A DNA stretch of 63,211 bases, filler included, from Octopus bimaculoides (lineage: Eukaryota): NCBI RefSeq assembly GCF_001194135.2. It is 6 parts of 6 records of this genome, joined end to end, with 100 filler letters (N's around TTAATTAATTAA, not from the genome) between each part and the next. Parts side by side here need not be neighbours in the genome. Positions count along the whole stretch, not along the records: positions 1 to 28,100 come from NC_068988.1; 5 more parts are not named here. One strand, given 5' to 3'. This document shows positions 1-12,990 of the stretch, piece by piece (position 1 is the stretch's first letter; every line of letters starts with the position of its first letter). Position numbers and translations under genes: made by a program. Under the pieces are notes generated by a model. It did not search any database and was not told the origin of the DNA. It saw only the letters and a list, made by a program, of their open reading frames with translations.

Positions 1-347
1 GTGTATATAGGACTATATTATCTAATGTGCCATTTTTGTTGTTATTGATGAGCTAGAAGAATCGTTAACAAATCGGGTGGCAATCTTTCCGTCATGTTCC
101 AATACAGAAAGATTGCCAGCGGCAAAATGGTAAGAAACATTTCTTCCAGCTCTTTACATCCTGAGTTCAAATTACGCCGAGATAGACTTTACCTTTTTAT
201 CCGTTCACGGTCGTTAAGTGAGTACCAATTGAGTGCTGGAGTCGACCGAAGGATTGCCGACTTATCCCTTCCTGTCAAATTGTTGGCCTTGTTTCAAAAT
301 TAGTAAGAATTATTATTATTATTATTATTATTATTAACGACTAGGGT

Positions 348-780
348 TAAAGCGGCGAGCTGGTGTTCTGAGTTCAAACTCTGCTGGGGTCGATAATATA
401 AGGGTGCTACTTAAATACAGTGGTCCCTAAAGACTAATTCTAACCCTACGGGATCTCTGTATTTAAGTAGTGCCAATATAGGTACCAGTCAAGTACTGAG
501 GTCGGTGTAATCGACTTCACCCACCTCTCAAAAACTGCTGGTTCTTTGCCAAAATTCGAAACTATTGTTTAAGCTTAGAAGGCGGCGAGCTAGCAAAATC
601 GTTAGCACGCCGGGCGAAGTGCTTAGCGGCATTGCGTCTGTCTTCACGTTTTTCGACTTTGCTTTTTACCCCTTCGGATTCGATAAAATTAGTTCCAGTT
701 CAGCATTGGGGTCGATGTAATCGACTAGCCCCCCCCCCCTCACTCCTCCAAAATTCCAGACATTGTGCCTATAATAGAAA
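348..780 (+). mobile_element. Two SINE family B copies (Meta/beta-like cctttcatcctttcggggtcgataaa domain)
   Basis: ggcggcgagct(g/a)gc head, gagttcaaa B box, ggggtcgatgtaatcgac body, preceded by (ATT)n. Confidence 0.75.
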
Positions 781-2156
781 AGACTAGGGTAGGCATGGGT
801 AACCGTTTTTCGAGAAGCGCAGGGCTGCATGGAACATGGCTCATCAAAATCGGTTGTTATTGTAGAATAGAGTGCAAATCATGTAGTGATGTGTCGATGA
901 CTCGTGGGGGTGGGGAAAGTCAGTGAAGTAGGTGTGGTAGAAGAGGTGTATCGCTGGGTGTGGTATTATAGAAGAGGTGTATAGCTGGGTGTGGTAGGTA
1001 TACTGCTTACGGCGTGCTTGATCTATAGCCCAAGGTCTGTTTGATCTGTTCCTACATTTTTTTTCTTTTAGAATTACTGTATCACATACAAAATAAATTG
1101 ATTCTGAGTTATCATTATTTTATCATTTTTGTTGTTCTACTCCAAAATTTCAAGTTTTTTTTACATCCTCTTCTCACTTTTCTGCATTCTTCATCCAATG
1201 TGTCATTTCTTTTTCGAAAAGGTAGTGTGTAATTTGAGAGATTTATCTGCTATTTCTAGCAAGTCAAATGACCATTCAAAGGCTCCCTAGTTAGCACGTT
1301 ACCTGTTGTTGTTGGTAGTGGTGGTGGTAATATATGCACCCTTTTTCTTTCCCATGTTGTATGGAACTTCGAAAGACAGCTACTCCAAAACTCTGTCTAT
1401 TGTTAATATGTGGCCCCTGGCCAACCCTGATCAAGCAGACCCAATAATGAAATACATACCAGCCAGCCATGGCTGTCGCATGTTTTAGAGGCTGTCTAAG
1501 ATCGCATTTTCTTTATTTAAGCTGGTTGGATGTGATACGAGGCTGACTTGGTTTCAATGTCTGGCCAGTCGACCGACCACGTAGAACCTCCCTCGTTGTT
1601 AATGTTGGTGTTCAGCCCCAGGACAAGGCCTGATTGAGCAAATTTATGATCAAAGGCATTCTAATTGTATCAGTCCCGTCTTGTTTTTAGGGCACGAGCT
1701 GTGTTTACGTGTTTAAGTTAACATTTTAATGTGGACTGTTTATCCAGAAACCAATAATGATGTGTTGTAGTGATTTGTTAACCTTACATTATTCTGTTGA
1801 CCCATAAGCGATCTATTAACCAATAGTGTGGGCTGTTCACCTACAGGGGTTTGTTAACCGTAGGCCTTTGTTATCTCATAGTGGCCTGTTACTATTAACT
1901 TATAGTCTGCTAACCTCTAAGTGGTTTGAAAACAAAGACTGACGAAAAGTGTATCGATATGGCACGTCGTGTCACAGGGAATATACGAAAGCTCAGTTTT
2001 AAGACCGCACCTTTTGTGTAACGACTTAACCAGAAAAATGTTGCCACAAAGCTTTACCTTTTGGGGAATGATGTCAGTTTTCCATATCGCACTACACATG
2101 AAGACGAAGGCTGCATTAACTGCAAGATATTGATAAACTGGGAAAGTGGGGTGATG

Positions 2157-2360
2157 TACGAAGGGGTGCTAAAAAGTTTCTGGCTTTGGGTAAAAGAAAA
2201 TACAGGAAGATCAGTTAATTATGATTTAATCAACATATTCCCCTTCTCAGATTCACACACTTTTTGCAACGGTTCCAGCGGTTCAGTTTTTCTAAGCCCT
2301 GCAAAAGAACTCGGAAGGTTGAGCCTCCTCCAACTAGGACTTTCGCGATACCCTTAAAGA
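2157..2360 (-). mobile_element. Mariner 3' remnant
   Basis: TIR-like TACGAAGGGGTGCTAAAAAGTTTCTGGC at 2157. Minus frame LLQGLEKL...KKCVNLRR resembles the mariner transposase C-terminus (GIEKLVERWQKCV). Confidence 0.6.
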
Positions 2361-2929
2361 ATAGTAACTTTTCACCACCTCCTCGTGTATGTGTGTGTGC
2401 GTGTGTGGTTAACTTTCCATCCAAACAAATGCAAAGACTTTGGTGCCAGTTTAGCATACAGCAACCCAAACTGCAGATTCAGAATCCAGATCCAGTTATT
2501 TCACCGCGTAGACTGTGGATATCGTGGTAGGCTGCACGCTCAAGTAGCACCAACTCTTTTATACAGGTCGACTGATCATTGAAGTAATTCAGAAAGTGAA
2601 GAAAGAAAAGGATTAAAGGATTATAATAGATAAAAAAAAAAAGAGAAATTGAAATTTTAAGAGCAACTGTGACGATAACCAAAAAAAAAAAAAAACTCAT
2701 TTAAATATGGGAGCATATAGAGCCCTTTAGAAATGTATAGTAGGTTCCCATATGGATGATGCAACTCGGGCCTTAATTCCCTGTATTTAACCGTTTGGCT
2801 GTCCAAAGCATTTTCGTAAGTTTGTCCTAAACATTTTTGCTTCTTTTCAGACTTTTAGTGATTCCTTGTTTCATTACGTTCTGTGTAATATAAGGCTTTC
2901 CTTTCTTTCATAAGTCCAGGGTTTCTCTG

Positions 2930-4080
2930 GTGGTCGGAAAAAATAGGGGATGTGTATCGTGTATGATGCATGGATGCCAGGTTGAACAGGTAAAGAGTGG
3001 ACAGACAAAAAGTTAAAGATTTGAGGGTGAAATTGAATCAGTGGAAAGAAGAGCTACTAAATACCTACTTGGGATCTTTTTTAAAACGGGGGCCACATTT
3101 TTCATTAATGTTTTACGTAGTGTTTTTGGTACCGAAAGACTTTCAAACTTCGTATACTTATCTATTTTGTGTTATAGAACAGAAAAATATTTTTGTATTC
3201 GAATTTATTTCATGTAAAAAATTGTCTTATTTCGATAATTTCAACCAATCACTGACAAGTATTCAGTTGTTTACCTTTACTCCTTTGGCTCATTAAGCGA
3301 TGTAAGGCGTATTTAATCTCCATACCTTCGTTTTATTTGCTTTTTTCATTTTAAGTTTGCTTTAACCCTAACCCTAGGGTTAGGGTTAGGGTTAGGGTTA
3401 ATTGTTTCAGAATCGTTTGTTTATGTAGTCGGCACTTAATGTATATCGGCTGAATGGACGTCAGTGATTGGTTGAAATTACAGAAATACGACAACTTTAA
3501 CATGGAATAACTTATGGATTTCTTTTTTTTTAAAGAAGACTAAGAGAAAAAGATGTTTTATATGACACATTCTACCAGTGTTCCAAGTTTCAAAGTGTTT
3601 CGTTAATGAAAAATGTGGCCCCCGTTTTAAAAAAGATCCCCTACTTGGAATGAAAAACCTACTTCCGAAAGATTGAGAAAGAATTCAAATTGGACAAGCT
3701 TGTAAATGCAGCCAAGCGGGCACAGATATTCTGATAATATATAAAGGGTTTATTGTAAGTGTATTAATTGCTATAGTTAAGCGGCTTCAGGTGACTATAG
3801 ATCTTGGAAAGTTATACTTGAAAGCATGAAATTCAAACAAAAAGCAGGAGACAGCCAAAACAATGATTTGAAAAGGGCATTTGTTCGTTTTATGACCACT
3901 GAATGAAAGTAGGAAATTATATCAGCAGTCAGTATTAGACGGCGTTAGTGTCTGGCTGGTATAGAAGTTCGTTAATGAATCCAGACTGGAAAATTAACTG
4001 TAACTGTTAATTTTTAGTGATCTTATTAGGGGGCTGACCAATACTTTACGGAGTATTAGCCCAATGCTATAGTGGAAGAA
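2930..4080 (+). mobile_element. Possible decayed R4/Dong C-terminal (RLE) region interrupted by the MITE
   Basis: Fragments NDLKRAFVRL, MKV-EII and ILLGG-PIL-GVL loosely follow the R4 DLKREI.RLW.MK..VIP...LLGTARILRKVL order. Confidence 0.35.
3071..3640. mobile_element. MITE (570 bp), 38-bp perfect TIRs, 6-bp TSD CTACTT, internal telomeric repeats
   Basis: GGGATCTTTTTTAAAACGGGGGCCACATTTTTCATTAA at 3071-3108 with its exact reverse complement at 3603-3640. CTACTT at 3065-3070 and 3641-3646. Confidence 0.92.
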
Positions 4081-5634
4081 ACTGTGTAGAGCAATAAAAT
4101 CAAACTTGGGACACTGTAATTGCGAAGCAACCTTTTTTAACGACATGACCATGCCGGCGCTAATGTAAGTGTGTGTACACCTGCGTATGTGTGTGTTTTG
4201 CACATACATATTCACACGGCTGCTGCTGTTGGTTTTGGTTCATCAGTGTGTTTAATAGTCAATGCAATGACAATAGAGTTGCAAATAAGCCAGACTGTCG
4301 TAGCCAGTGTGTTTGCTACGATGTAGCAATATTACACAGCCAGGATGTGCGTATGTTGTGTTTATGATATCATTACCACTGTAGAAAACAGACAAGATAT
4401 ATTGTCGCAACCTGTTGTGGTTAGATACATCAATTTGCAACAGCTGCACAGTCTGGTGTGGCTGTAGCTAACGTTATTACTGCCTCTGCTACAACTGTGG
4501 TAATAGATTGTCTCATTAGAATGGAGAGAAGACATGGGGCACAATTATAACCATAATTTTTTAAGGCTTACATTTCTGACTTCGCGTTACGCAAGGATAG
4601 TTGATTTCTTGGTAGATAACGTTTTAACACCAGTCAGATATCACCATTCTTTAAGATTAATTGGACGAACATTGTACGTTTTCATTGGTTGATAAACTTA
4701 AAGGAATCGTAACAAAGAAAATGGAAGAAACGAGTGTTCAAATTACCAGGGTTAAATCTAAAGATTAAATTACAGCAGCTTAGTAAAATGTTATATTTAC
4801 GTAATCATAGCATTGCAGGTATCATACAAGATATACATAAATATATTATTAATAATCAGCAGAATGACTTGTGGGCTGAGAGTTTCGTTCGTTTGCACTT
4901 ATTAAACTGTTTTTTTTTAAAGTTATATTTTTTCTGTTTACATCACCAAGCTTTATGTATGTAAAGCTACATAGGACCTGTGGGTTGTAGTTTGCTCATG
5001 AATACTCTACATCAGCTCTAAGATGAATATCAAGTGTTACTTTGGCCTGCTGTCTACTCTGAAATGACCTGATCTGGGTTAGGCATAGTATTAGATTACT
5101 AAAGAGAAAATGGCCAGGTAGACTACATGCTAATGTGGCACCGAATGTTATCTCTTGAGTAGAGATCTGTCTCCACCTTACTCCGTCAAATTTTTTTGAC
5201 TTTATGCAAGCGTAAGAAATTTCTATAATTCTTATTACGATTATAATAATGGCATATTTTTAAGGAGACAACCATAATTATATCGGTTTGGTACGCAATC
5301 GTCATCTGGTGTCTTGTTCTTTGTAACACAGTCGTAGTGAACTGGGTTAGAACTAGAAACCTTTGATGCTTTGTATTCTGTCATCCAGAAACGAGTTGAT
5401 TCCGTACGAAACCGATTAAATCATCGTGTAGCAACACTCTCACACACAAGGAAAAGGTTGACAGTGACTTCGAAGTATTTGCCAACCTTTTTCTTGAAAA
5501 CAATATTAATATGCCACTCTACTAAGAAGTATTTCAATAATCCTTCAGTTTAATGTTCACCTATTTTTATTGTATAACTTCACATAAAAACAAAAACAGA
5601 CATAAATAGTATTCTCTCTCTCTCTCTCTCTCTC

Positions 5635-5716
<82 letters not shown>

Positions 5717-6492
5717 AAAAGGTATTTTTCATATCAGTATAAGAGATATATTGGAAAGAGAACGAAGAAGCAAATGCCTTATTTCGTTTAATACGGATAT
5801 AGTGTAGTGGACTAGTGAAAATATTACATACAGAACACTGCTAAATAGATTGCCTGATTCCTCTGCAAAGACATCGCTCTGGTAATAGTTACACCATTGA
5901 GATGGCAGTCACACAGACGCACACAATACAACATGGTGTTTCTCCCTTCTATTTATAACTCTAAGCAGTTATGATGTAATATTTATATTAATGTGAATTT
6001 TAACAGAAGCACGAGGCAGAAAAACGTTCCTAGCGGGTTTATTTATGTATTTATAGTTGGTTCATGTCGACCTAGTATTTGACGCGGTTATATTCCATTT
6101 AACCTCGGAAAGGATTTCGAACGCAGAAAGTAAAGATCCGATTCTGCCCAATTAAATAGTTTTGAAATAATCGTTTCTTTTGGCATTAATTATTCGACTA
6201 GCCTACTTTTCTCTCCAAAGTTCAGGCTTTGTGCTTATGTTAGGAACAATTTATTCAACTAGGCAGACGGCCAGAAATTTCGAGGGATCCCTGTACTTGT
6301 ATTTGAAAAAGCATTGCTGCTCAAGCTATGACTTAATTTTCATTTTAAAACATATTTTATAAATGATAAAACACCGTGCTAGAGAAGTTTTGTATATATT
6401 CGAAAATTTCAGCATATTATTTCTGTGATCCCTTTCCGTTTTGTACCGGAGGCCATTTGGTCAAGTTGTCTAATGTTTGTAAACAACTCCAC

Positions 6493-6530
6493 TTCTGGTA
6501 TGTAGTCCCAGAAGGGACTACATACCAGAA
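6493..6530. repeat. Perfect 17-bp-stem hairpin
   Basis: TTCTGGTATGTAGTCCC-AGAA-GGGACTACATACCAGAA. Confidence 0.9.
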
Positions 6531-7675
6531 TCCCAAAATGTCTACAAAAAAACTCCTAAAGTATAGCGTTTTATCGTTTATAACACAAAGTATAAAACGA
6601 TAAATTAAATCATTGACTCAAAGATTAATTGAACTATATGTGTGGAATCTCTAAATGTCTACAAAAATTCTAAGATGTGCTGTTTTATGTCTATAAAAAT
6701 ATACCTTAAAACGTAGAGTACTGTCCCCCAATTTTTTTTTTCTTCGAGAAAAATTGAGTGGTGATGAAGGGAAGTAGGGGGATTGTAACAGAGATCCAAA
6801 GAAAAGTTTTGAAAATGAAAAAATTAACAAAAGTGGTTGGGGTACCTTGTTCGATCCGTCCACTTGGACGTTACCTAACTGTCAATATTTCCATTCAGAA
6901 AGTCCTGCGGGTCGCAATTTGCCCATACATGCTAAATTGCTAAAAAAAATAGTAACCAAGTTTCCCTCCCGTCTTAAATATTGTCTTTTAGTCTGTAGAA
7001 TATGGTCTATGAAATTTAGCTACTGCTTGTTGCAGGTCGAATAACTAACTTCATTGGGTCTGGACAAGGAATGTTTCTTTGACTTGTATAGTGACTTAGT
7101 GACTCATTTGAGCTGTGGAAAAGTGACTCCCGAGAAAATATTTGATTTTTAACCACATCGTTTTATTTATTTAAATGCCAGAGTGTATTTAGAATTAACT
7201 TCATTATATTTTTCCCTTCGTAGGGTATCATTTGAGTGAGACTTGATTGCTTTTTATAATGGGTCGAACAGCAACATAAGCTCTTTTCGCTGTTATATTG
7301 GCTATCCATGGTATGCAAACAAGTTTCCTGTTGGTCATCGTGTGTCTATGTGTGGCTGACACATGAGTGATACAACTTAATTAGGAAGTTACCGGGTAAT
7401 GTATCGATCCGTCTAGCTATACTGAGTTGGGTTAGCCAGATACATTGTCTATGAAGAGACATTGCAAACATTGGAAGTCCGACATATTAGTTCCGGGTAT
7501 TTCAGTGGTTTAGCTATTGTGTATAGAGAGTTTATTTTGAGAAGGTACTAACTACCCCATCCCATGGATAAAGAGACAGCAAACTTCAGTAATTAAAATG
7601 TCAAGGACGGGAGTGTTTGAGCAATAGACTGGTGTGACAAATTTCTCTCAACCAATCGCACGCGCGCGTATGAGG

Positions 7676-8040
7676 TTCATACAGTATGGTAAATGCATAA
7701 CGTTTCAGTCAGCCATGCTGGGACACCGCCTCGGAGAATTTTTAGTCGAATGAATCGACCCCAGTATTTTTTTTTTTTAAAGTCTGGTACTTATTCTGTC
7801 GATCTCTTTAGCCGAATCGCTAAGTTACGGGGGTGTAAACATTCCAGCACTGGTTGTCAAGCAGTGGTGAGGGAACAAACACAGACGCGAAGACTTCTTC
7901 TCAGTTTCCGACTACCATATCCACTGACAAGGCTTTGGTCAGCCCGAAGTCATAAGTAGAAGACACTTGCCCAAGGTGCCACGCTGTGGGACTGGACCCA
8001 GAGCCATGTGGTTGGGAAGCAAGCTTCTTACCACACACAC
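7676..8040 (-). mobile_element. SINE family A (internally deleted)
   Basis: Family A motifs on the minus strand. Confidence 0.8.
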
Positions 8041-8459
8041 ATATCTACATACATACGTACGGATAGATAGATAGAAAGATAGATAGGTAGGTAGGTAGTT
8101 AGGTAGGTAGAGGGATAATATGGTATATGTATGTAGCCAAAAGATACACACATACTTCAAGAAGGTATCGGTACTTGTTTCTTTTCTGTAGCTTTTTACT
8201 CTTTATACTTAGATAAAAGGGTTCGACCGCAATGTCAGTCTACTTGTTTCCTTTTTTTTTCCTGCTTTTTCGGCGTACGCACTGTGCTACGTTTTGAGTT
8301 CGAATTCCACCGAGCTAGACTTTGATTTTCATCCTTTCGGGGTCGATTGTGTGTATACATTTTGTCCGTCACCTTTCGATTTTTTGCTTACCTGTTGAAC
8401 CCTCTCTCGTTGTTGAACAGCCCGTTTATTATCCTTCTCTTTCCAGTTTTGCTAATTTA

Positions 8460-8498
<39 letters not shown>

Positions 8499-8977
8499 GG
8501 CTTGTGACTATATATATATATGATTGGCTTCTATCAGTTTCCGTCTACCATAGATAGATAGATAGACAGACACAGATAGATAGATATAGATAGATAGATA
8601 NNNNNNNNNNNNNNNNNNNNNNNNNNNNNNNNCAGTTTCCGTCTATCATAGATAGATAGATAGACAGACACAGATAGATAGATATAGATAGATAGATAAA
8701 TAGATAGACAGATAGATAGACAAATCGTTAGATAAATACATACACGCACACACACATATATTGGCAGATAGATAGACACAAAGGTGAAGTACGCAGTTAT
8801 ATCACTGCTAACTAGCTAACACTGTCTCCTTAATGTGACGCTAACCACTATAGACCGTTGTGCCTTGTCCAAAGACACACAACGAGCCTGCCAGACCTCG
8901 AATCGAACCCGCGTAAGCGTGAGTTATAGCTTTGTGTGTCTGTTGTTTATTTGTATATGAGTATATGCATGTGTAGA

Positions 8978-9038
<61 letters not shown>

Positions 9039-9165
9039 NNNNNNNNNNNNNNNNNNNNNNNNNNNNNNNNNNNNNNNNNNNNNNNNNNNNNNNNNNNNNN
9101 NNNNNNNNNNNNNNNNNNNNNNNNNNNNNNNNNNNNNNNNNNNNNNNNNNNNNNNNNNNNNNNNN

Positions 9166-9195
9166 GGGGGGACAAACACAGACACACAAACATAT

Positions 9196-9260
<65 letters not shown>

Positions 9261-9430
9261 TATATACGACGGGCTTCTTTCAGTTTCCGTCTACCAAATC
9301 CACTCACAAGGCTTTGGTTGGCCCGAGGCTATAGTAGAAGACACTTGCCCAAGGTGCCACGCAGTGGGACTGAACCCGGAACCATGTGGTCGGTAAGCAA
9401 GCTACTTACCACACAGCCACTCCTGCGCCT
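9166..9430 (-). mobile_element. SINE family A (3' part lost in gap)
   Basis: Full head to ...ccacacagccactcctgcgcct. Confidence 0.85.
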
Positions 9431-9940
9431 GTTAGATCTTTCTGTCGATGTTTATTTTACACTAACCCGTCACCGCTCCGTCGCACCCATCGGACTGTCA
9501 GCGCGTACCCACACACACACATATACACACAAACATTCGCTGTATATGTAACGGCCTCCCAAAGATCATGGGCCCTGTCCTTCGACCAACTAAAACAAAA
9601 ACAATGGTAGTAGCAGGGCCATCTTATGAGCATTACAGGACCCCGGGTCAAATCAATGCACCGGGTTCTATAGTATTTTATAGCCAGCTACATAAATCAA
9701 AATTGGGATCCTGGCAACCGGCCAATGTGTCCATGCATTAAAACGGTACTTGGATGAGAGTGGGTGATAGTATTAGTATAGTGTTGTTATTGTTGTTGTT
9801 GTTGGTGGTGTAGTGTTATAATAATAGTGCAGTTGGGGGGGGGTCCGTTTGAGGTGGTGGGGGGATATAGTTCAAATTCGGTGGTTCTCTGCCGAGCAAT
9901 TTCGGGGATCCATATAAGATTTTTTTTTTTTTTAATTTAC

Positions 9941-10341
9941 GAGTGGCTGTGTGGTAAGTAGCTTGCTTACCAACCACATGGTTTCGGGTTCAGTCCCACT
10001 GCGTGGCACCTTGGGCAAGTGCCTTCTACTATAGCCTCGAGCCGACCAAAGCCTTGTGAGTGGATTTGGTAGACGGAAACTGAAAGAAGCCCGTCGTATA
10101 TATGTATATGTATAATATATATATTTATGTATGTGTGTTTGTGTGTCTGTGTTTGTCCCCCCACCATCGCTTGACAACCGATGCTGGTGTGTTTACGTCT
10201 CCGTAACTTAGCGGTTCGGCAAAGAGGACAATAGAATAAGCACTAGGCTTATATAGAATGATTCCTGGGGTCGGTTTGCTCGACTAAAAGGCGGTGCTCT
10301 AGCATGGTCGCAGTCAAATGACTGAAACAAGTAAAAGAGTA
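9941..10341 (+). mobile_element. tRNA-derived SINE family A (CORE-like domain, AAGAGT tail)
   Basis: Head gagtggctgtgtggtaag...gggttcagtccc (A/B boxes), CORE-like accttgggcaagtg, internal (TA/TG)n. Confidence 0.85.
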
Positions 10342-10639
10342 GAATAAATATTTGAAATATATTAAACTTCTTTTTTTTTAATACAGTAGGAATTTTTAAG
10401 CATTGAATGACAACGAGGGAGTCCAAAGATAAAATATGATCGAGACCCACCAGTTTAAACATGGTGGTGGTGGTGCTGGTGTAGCTATGGTAGTGACGGT
10501 GGGGTTCTAGTCATGGTAGTGGTGATGGGGAAGCGAGTGCGGCGATAGCGGTGGTGTTGGCGGCGACATGGTTGAGATGATGATGATGGTGGTGGTGTTG
10601 ATGTAGTAATTGTAGTGGTGGTGGTGACGACGGTAGTGG

Positions 10640-10860
10640 TTGGTGATCCGGTGCAGGCGGCGGCGGGGTTGTTGTTAGCTCCGGTATTGATGACGTAAGT
10701 GAGGAATGAGGTCAGAGACGATCATTCATTGACAGCGTGCTTGACTTAGTTCGTAGCACGTGATCAGGAAATGGAGTGAACCAGCCTGGGGATTCACCTG
10801 TGTTGATAGGTGCGTGCGTGAGTCGGCATATAAATGTGTGTGTGTGTGTGTTTATGTAAA
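10640..10860 (+). promoter_or_regulatory. Candidate KLF promoter
   Basis: Locally GC/CpG-richer. TGACGTAA 10691-10698, TGAGGTCA 10707-10714, CACGTG 10757-10762, CAGGAAAT 10765-10772, GGGGATTCAC 10788-10797, TGAGTC 10819-10824, TATAAA 10829-10834. Confidence 0.45.
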
Positions 10861-10922
10861 GACTTTTATATGTATGTGTGCTTCTTGTATGTTGTTGTGT
10901 GTGAGAAAGAGTGAGAGGCGGT

Positions 10923-10928
10923 ATGGGT
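10923..10928 (+). CDS. Candidate KLF exon 1 coding stub (Met-Gly)
   Basis: ATG GGT|GTGCGT gives a phase-0 donor compatible with the phase-0 acceptor at 16042 (MG+ECNDT...). It lies about 90 bp downstream of TATAAA. Upstream out-of-frame ATGs exist, so this is speculative. Confidence 0.3.
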
Positions 10929-11505
10929 GTGCGTGTGTGACTTTCTGTTTTCTCAGTTTCTTTTCATTTTGAATTGGCACCACGCACCACGCCGACACCA
11001 CCACCACTACTATGAATCACTACTTCAACCACTACTGCTATTACTACCACCAACACTACTATGGGCCGTCGGAGGAACCTATGTGGGCTCTTGATCTGTT
11101 AGAAATAGCAGCCAAATCACTCTTAAATCATCACACCCTACTGTTTTCTGTTGTTGTTTTTCTGTTTTGTTTTTTTAAGACACGTTGATCTTGGCTTTCC
11201 TGCATATAGGGTAAACAATAAAAGAATTACATTTAGAATCCCTTTGATCTTAGATCTTCCCGATCAGAGTCGACTTGGAGTTAAGAACAAGACTACCACC
11301 ACCCATACCACTATAACCATTACAGTCACTTAGAACACTTACAGCTATCACCACCACCACCACTACCACTTTGTTTACTATATCTATTGAAGCTGTTGTT
11401 TTTTACGCACCAGTTGTTTTTTTTAAAACCTAACTGCTGATGTGTGTGTGTATATATGTGTGNNNNNNNNNNTTTTTTTAAAACCTAACTGCTGATGTGT
11501 GTGTG

Positions 11506-11542
<37 letters not shown>

Positions 11543-11791
11543 GTACACATTTGCAGATGTATATGTATATCCGTATTATACATATGGTCACAAAAGACAG
11601 TCATTATTATCTTTGTTATATAAAACTGTTGTGTGTATATATATTTGCAGATATTCGTATTGTGCATATAGTTACAATAGATGTAATATCCGTATCATTG
11701 TGTTTGCTATATACTTCCATATATGTCTATTGTGCATATTAGTAACAAAGACATCCATCATGTTTTCATGATGTTTGTATATATTTATAGG

Positions 11792-11949
11792 CATGGGCGG
11801 ACTGAGCCGTCGGTCAATCGGTCATCGCCCGAGAGCCCGGAGCTCTGAGGGGCCCGCACTCTCTATGTTAACTCTACTAAAACACACATTCAAAGGGGCC
11901 CGGTAAACAGTTATGCCCTAGGGCCCTTAATGCTCTCAATCCGCCCGTT
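11792..11949. mobile_element. GC-rich short MITE (hAT-like termini)
   Basis: catGGGCGGACTGAG ... CTCAATCCGCCCgtt imperfect TIRs with internal GGGCCC motifs. No TSD recognisable. Confidence 0.55.
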
Positions 11950-11980
11950 TACTGGTGTAATTATATATTGTGTATGTATG

Positions 11981-12343
11981 TGTTGGCACTCCGTCTCTTA
12001 CGACGTCGAGGGTTCCAGTTGATCGGATCAACGGAACAGCCTGCTCGTGAAATTAACGTGCAAGTGGCTGAGCACTCCACAGACACGTGTACCCTTAACG
12101 TAGTTCTCGGGGATATTCAGCGTGACACAGTGTGACTAGACTGACCCTTTGAATTACAGGCACAACAGAAACAGGAAGAAAGAGTGAGAGAAAGTTGTGG
12201 TGGAGGAGTACAGCAGGGTTCGCCACCATCCCCTGCCGGAATCTCGTGGAGCTTGAGGTGTTTTCGCTCAATAAACACTCACAACGCCCGGTCTGGGAAT
12301 CGAAACCGCGATCCTATGACCGCGAGTCCGCTTCTCTAACCAC
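11981..12343 (-). mobile_element. SINE family C
   Basis: Reverse complement of 27190-27560. Confidence 0.85.
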
Positions 12344-12751
12344 AAGGAAAGAATAGTTCAGATTATGGCATTTATTTATTTAAAACATAAGGGTAGAATT
12401 GTTACAGCTGTATAGATTGACTTGACACCAGTTGTTTACCTGTTTATGCTTTGATTATATTATACATGTGCCTGCTCAACTGAAATACTGCCTGCAGTCA
12501 ATCTTCGTTAGGCTGTTATGACAGCCTTTTTTTTTTAGTTGCAAGTCAGTCTGAGCACTAACTCTATGTGCATATTTCTTTACACCATCAAACGTAATAT
12601 TACCTATAGATTGTATATACATAGTTATTTCTGTATATATGTTCGGTGCGATGTCTGTTGTTCCCTGGGTAAGCCAATTTGTGGTTTGAACTGGTAGAGT
12701 ATCAGACGAAATGACTTCTGACATTTAAGTGAATCCATTTATGTTCTGGGT

Positions 12752-12990
12752 GGAGGTGCGTAGTTAGACTCATGATAGCAAGATTGTGGTTTCGATTCCT
12801 GGACCAGGTGACGCGTTGTGTTCCTGAGCAAAATACTTCATTTCACATTGCTCCAGTCCACTCAGCTAGCAAAAATGAGTAACGCTGCAATGGACTGGCG
12901 TCCCATCCAGGTGAGTAATTTACACATCATGGAAACCGAGAAACTTCCCTTATGAGTTGGTATGACTCGAGAAGGTAACTTCACCTTTAT
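12752..12990 (+). mobile_element. SINE family D (V-domain-like)
   Basis: gttgtgttcctgagcaa...ccagtccactcagct...gctgcaatggactggcgtcccatccagg. Minus-strand relatives at about 43680-43860 and 59625-59760. Confidence 0.65.

Noticed and set aside
3363-3400. Telomere or chromosome-fusion site
   Set aside because: Only about 6 units, located inside a MITE with TIRs and a TSD.
4250-4510. Short motifs recurring as reverse complements in the same order (gttgcaaat/atttgcaac, cagactgt/acagtctg, attaccac/gtggtaat)
   Set aside because: The motifs are 8-9 nt and do not form a coherent hairpin. Chance in low-complexity DNA cannot be excluded.
8536-8700. Duplicated sequence either side of a short gap (also 11415-11510)
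   Set aside because: Near-identical overlap flanking Ns indicates contig overlap or a haplotype artefact.
12476-12724. 82-aa minus ORF with natural-looking composition
   Set aside because: No motif or convincing splice sites, and it runs through a poly-A tract.
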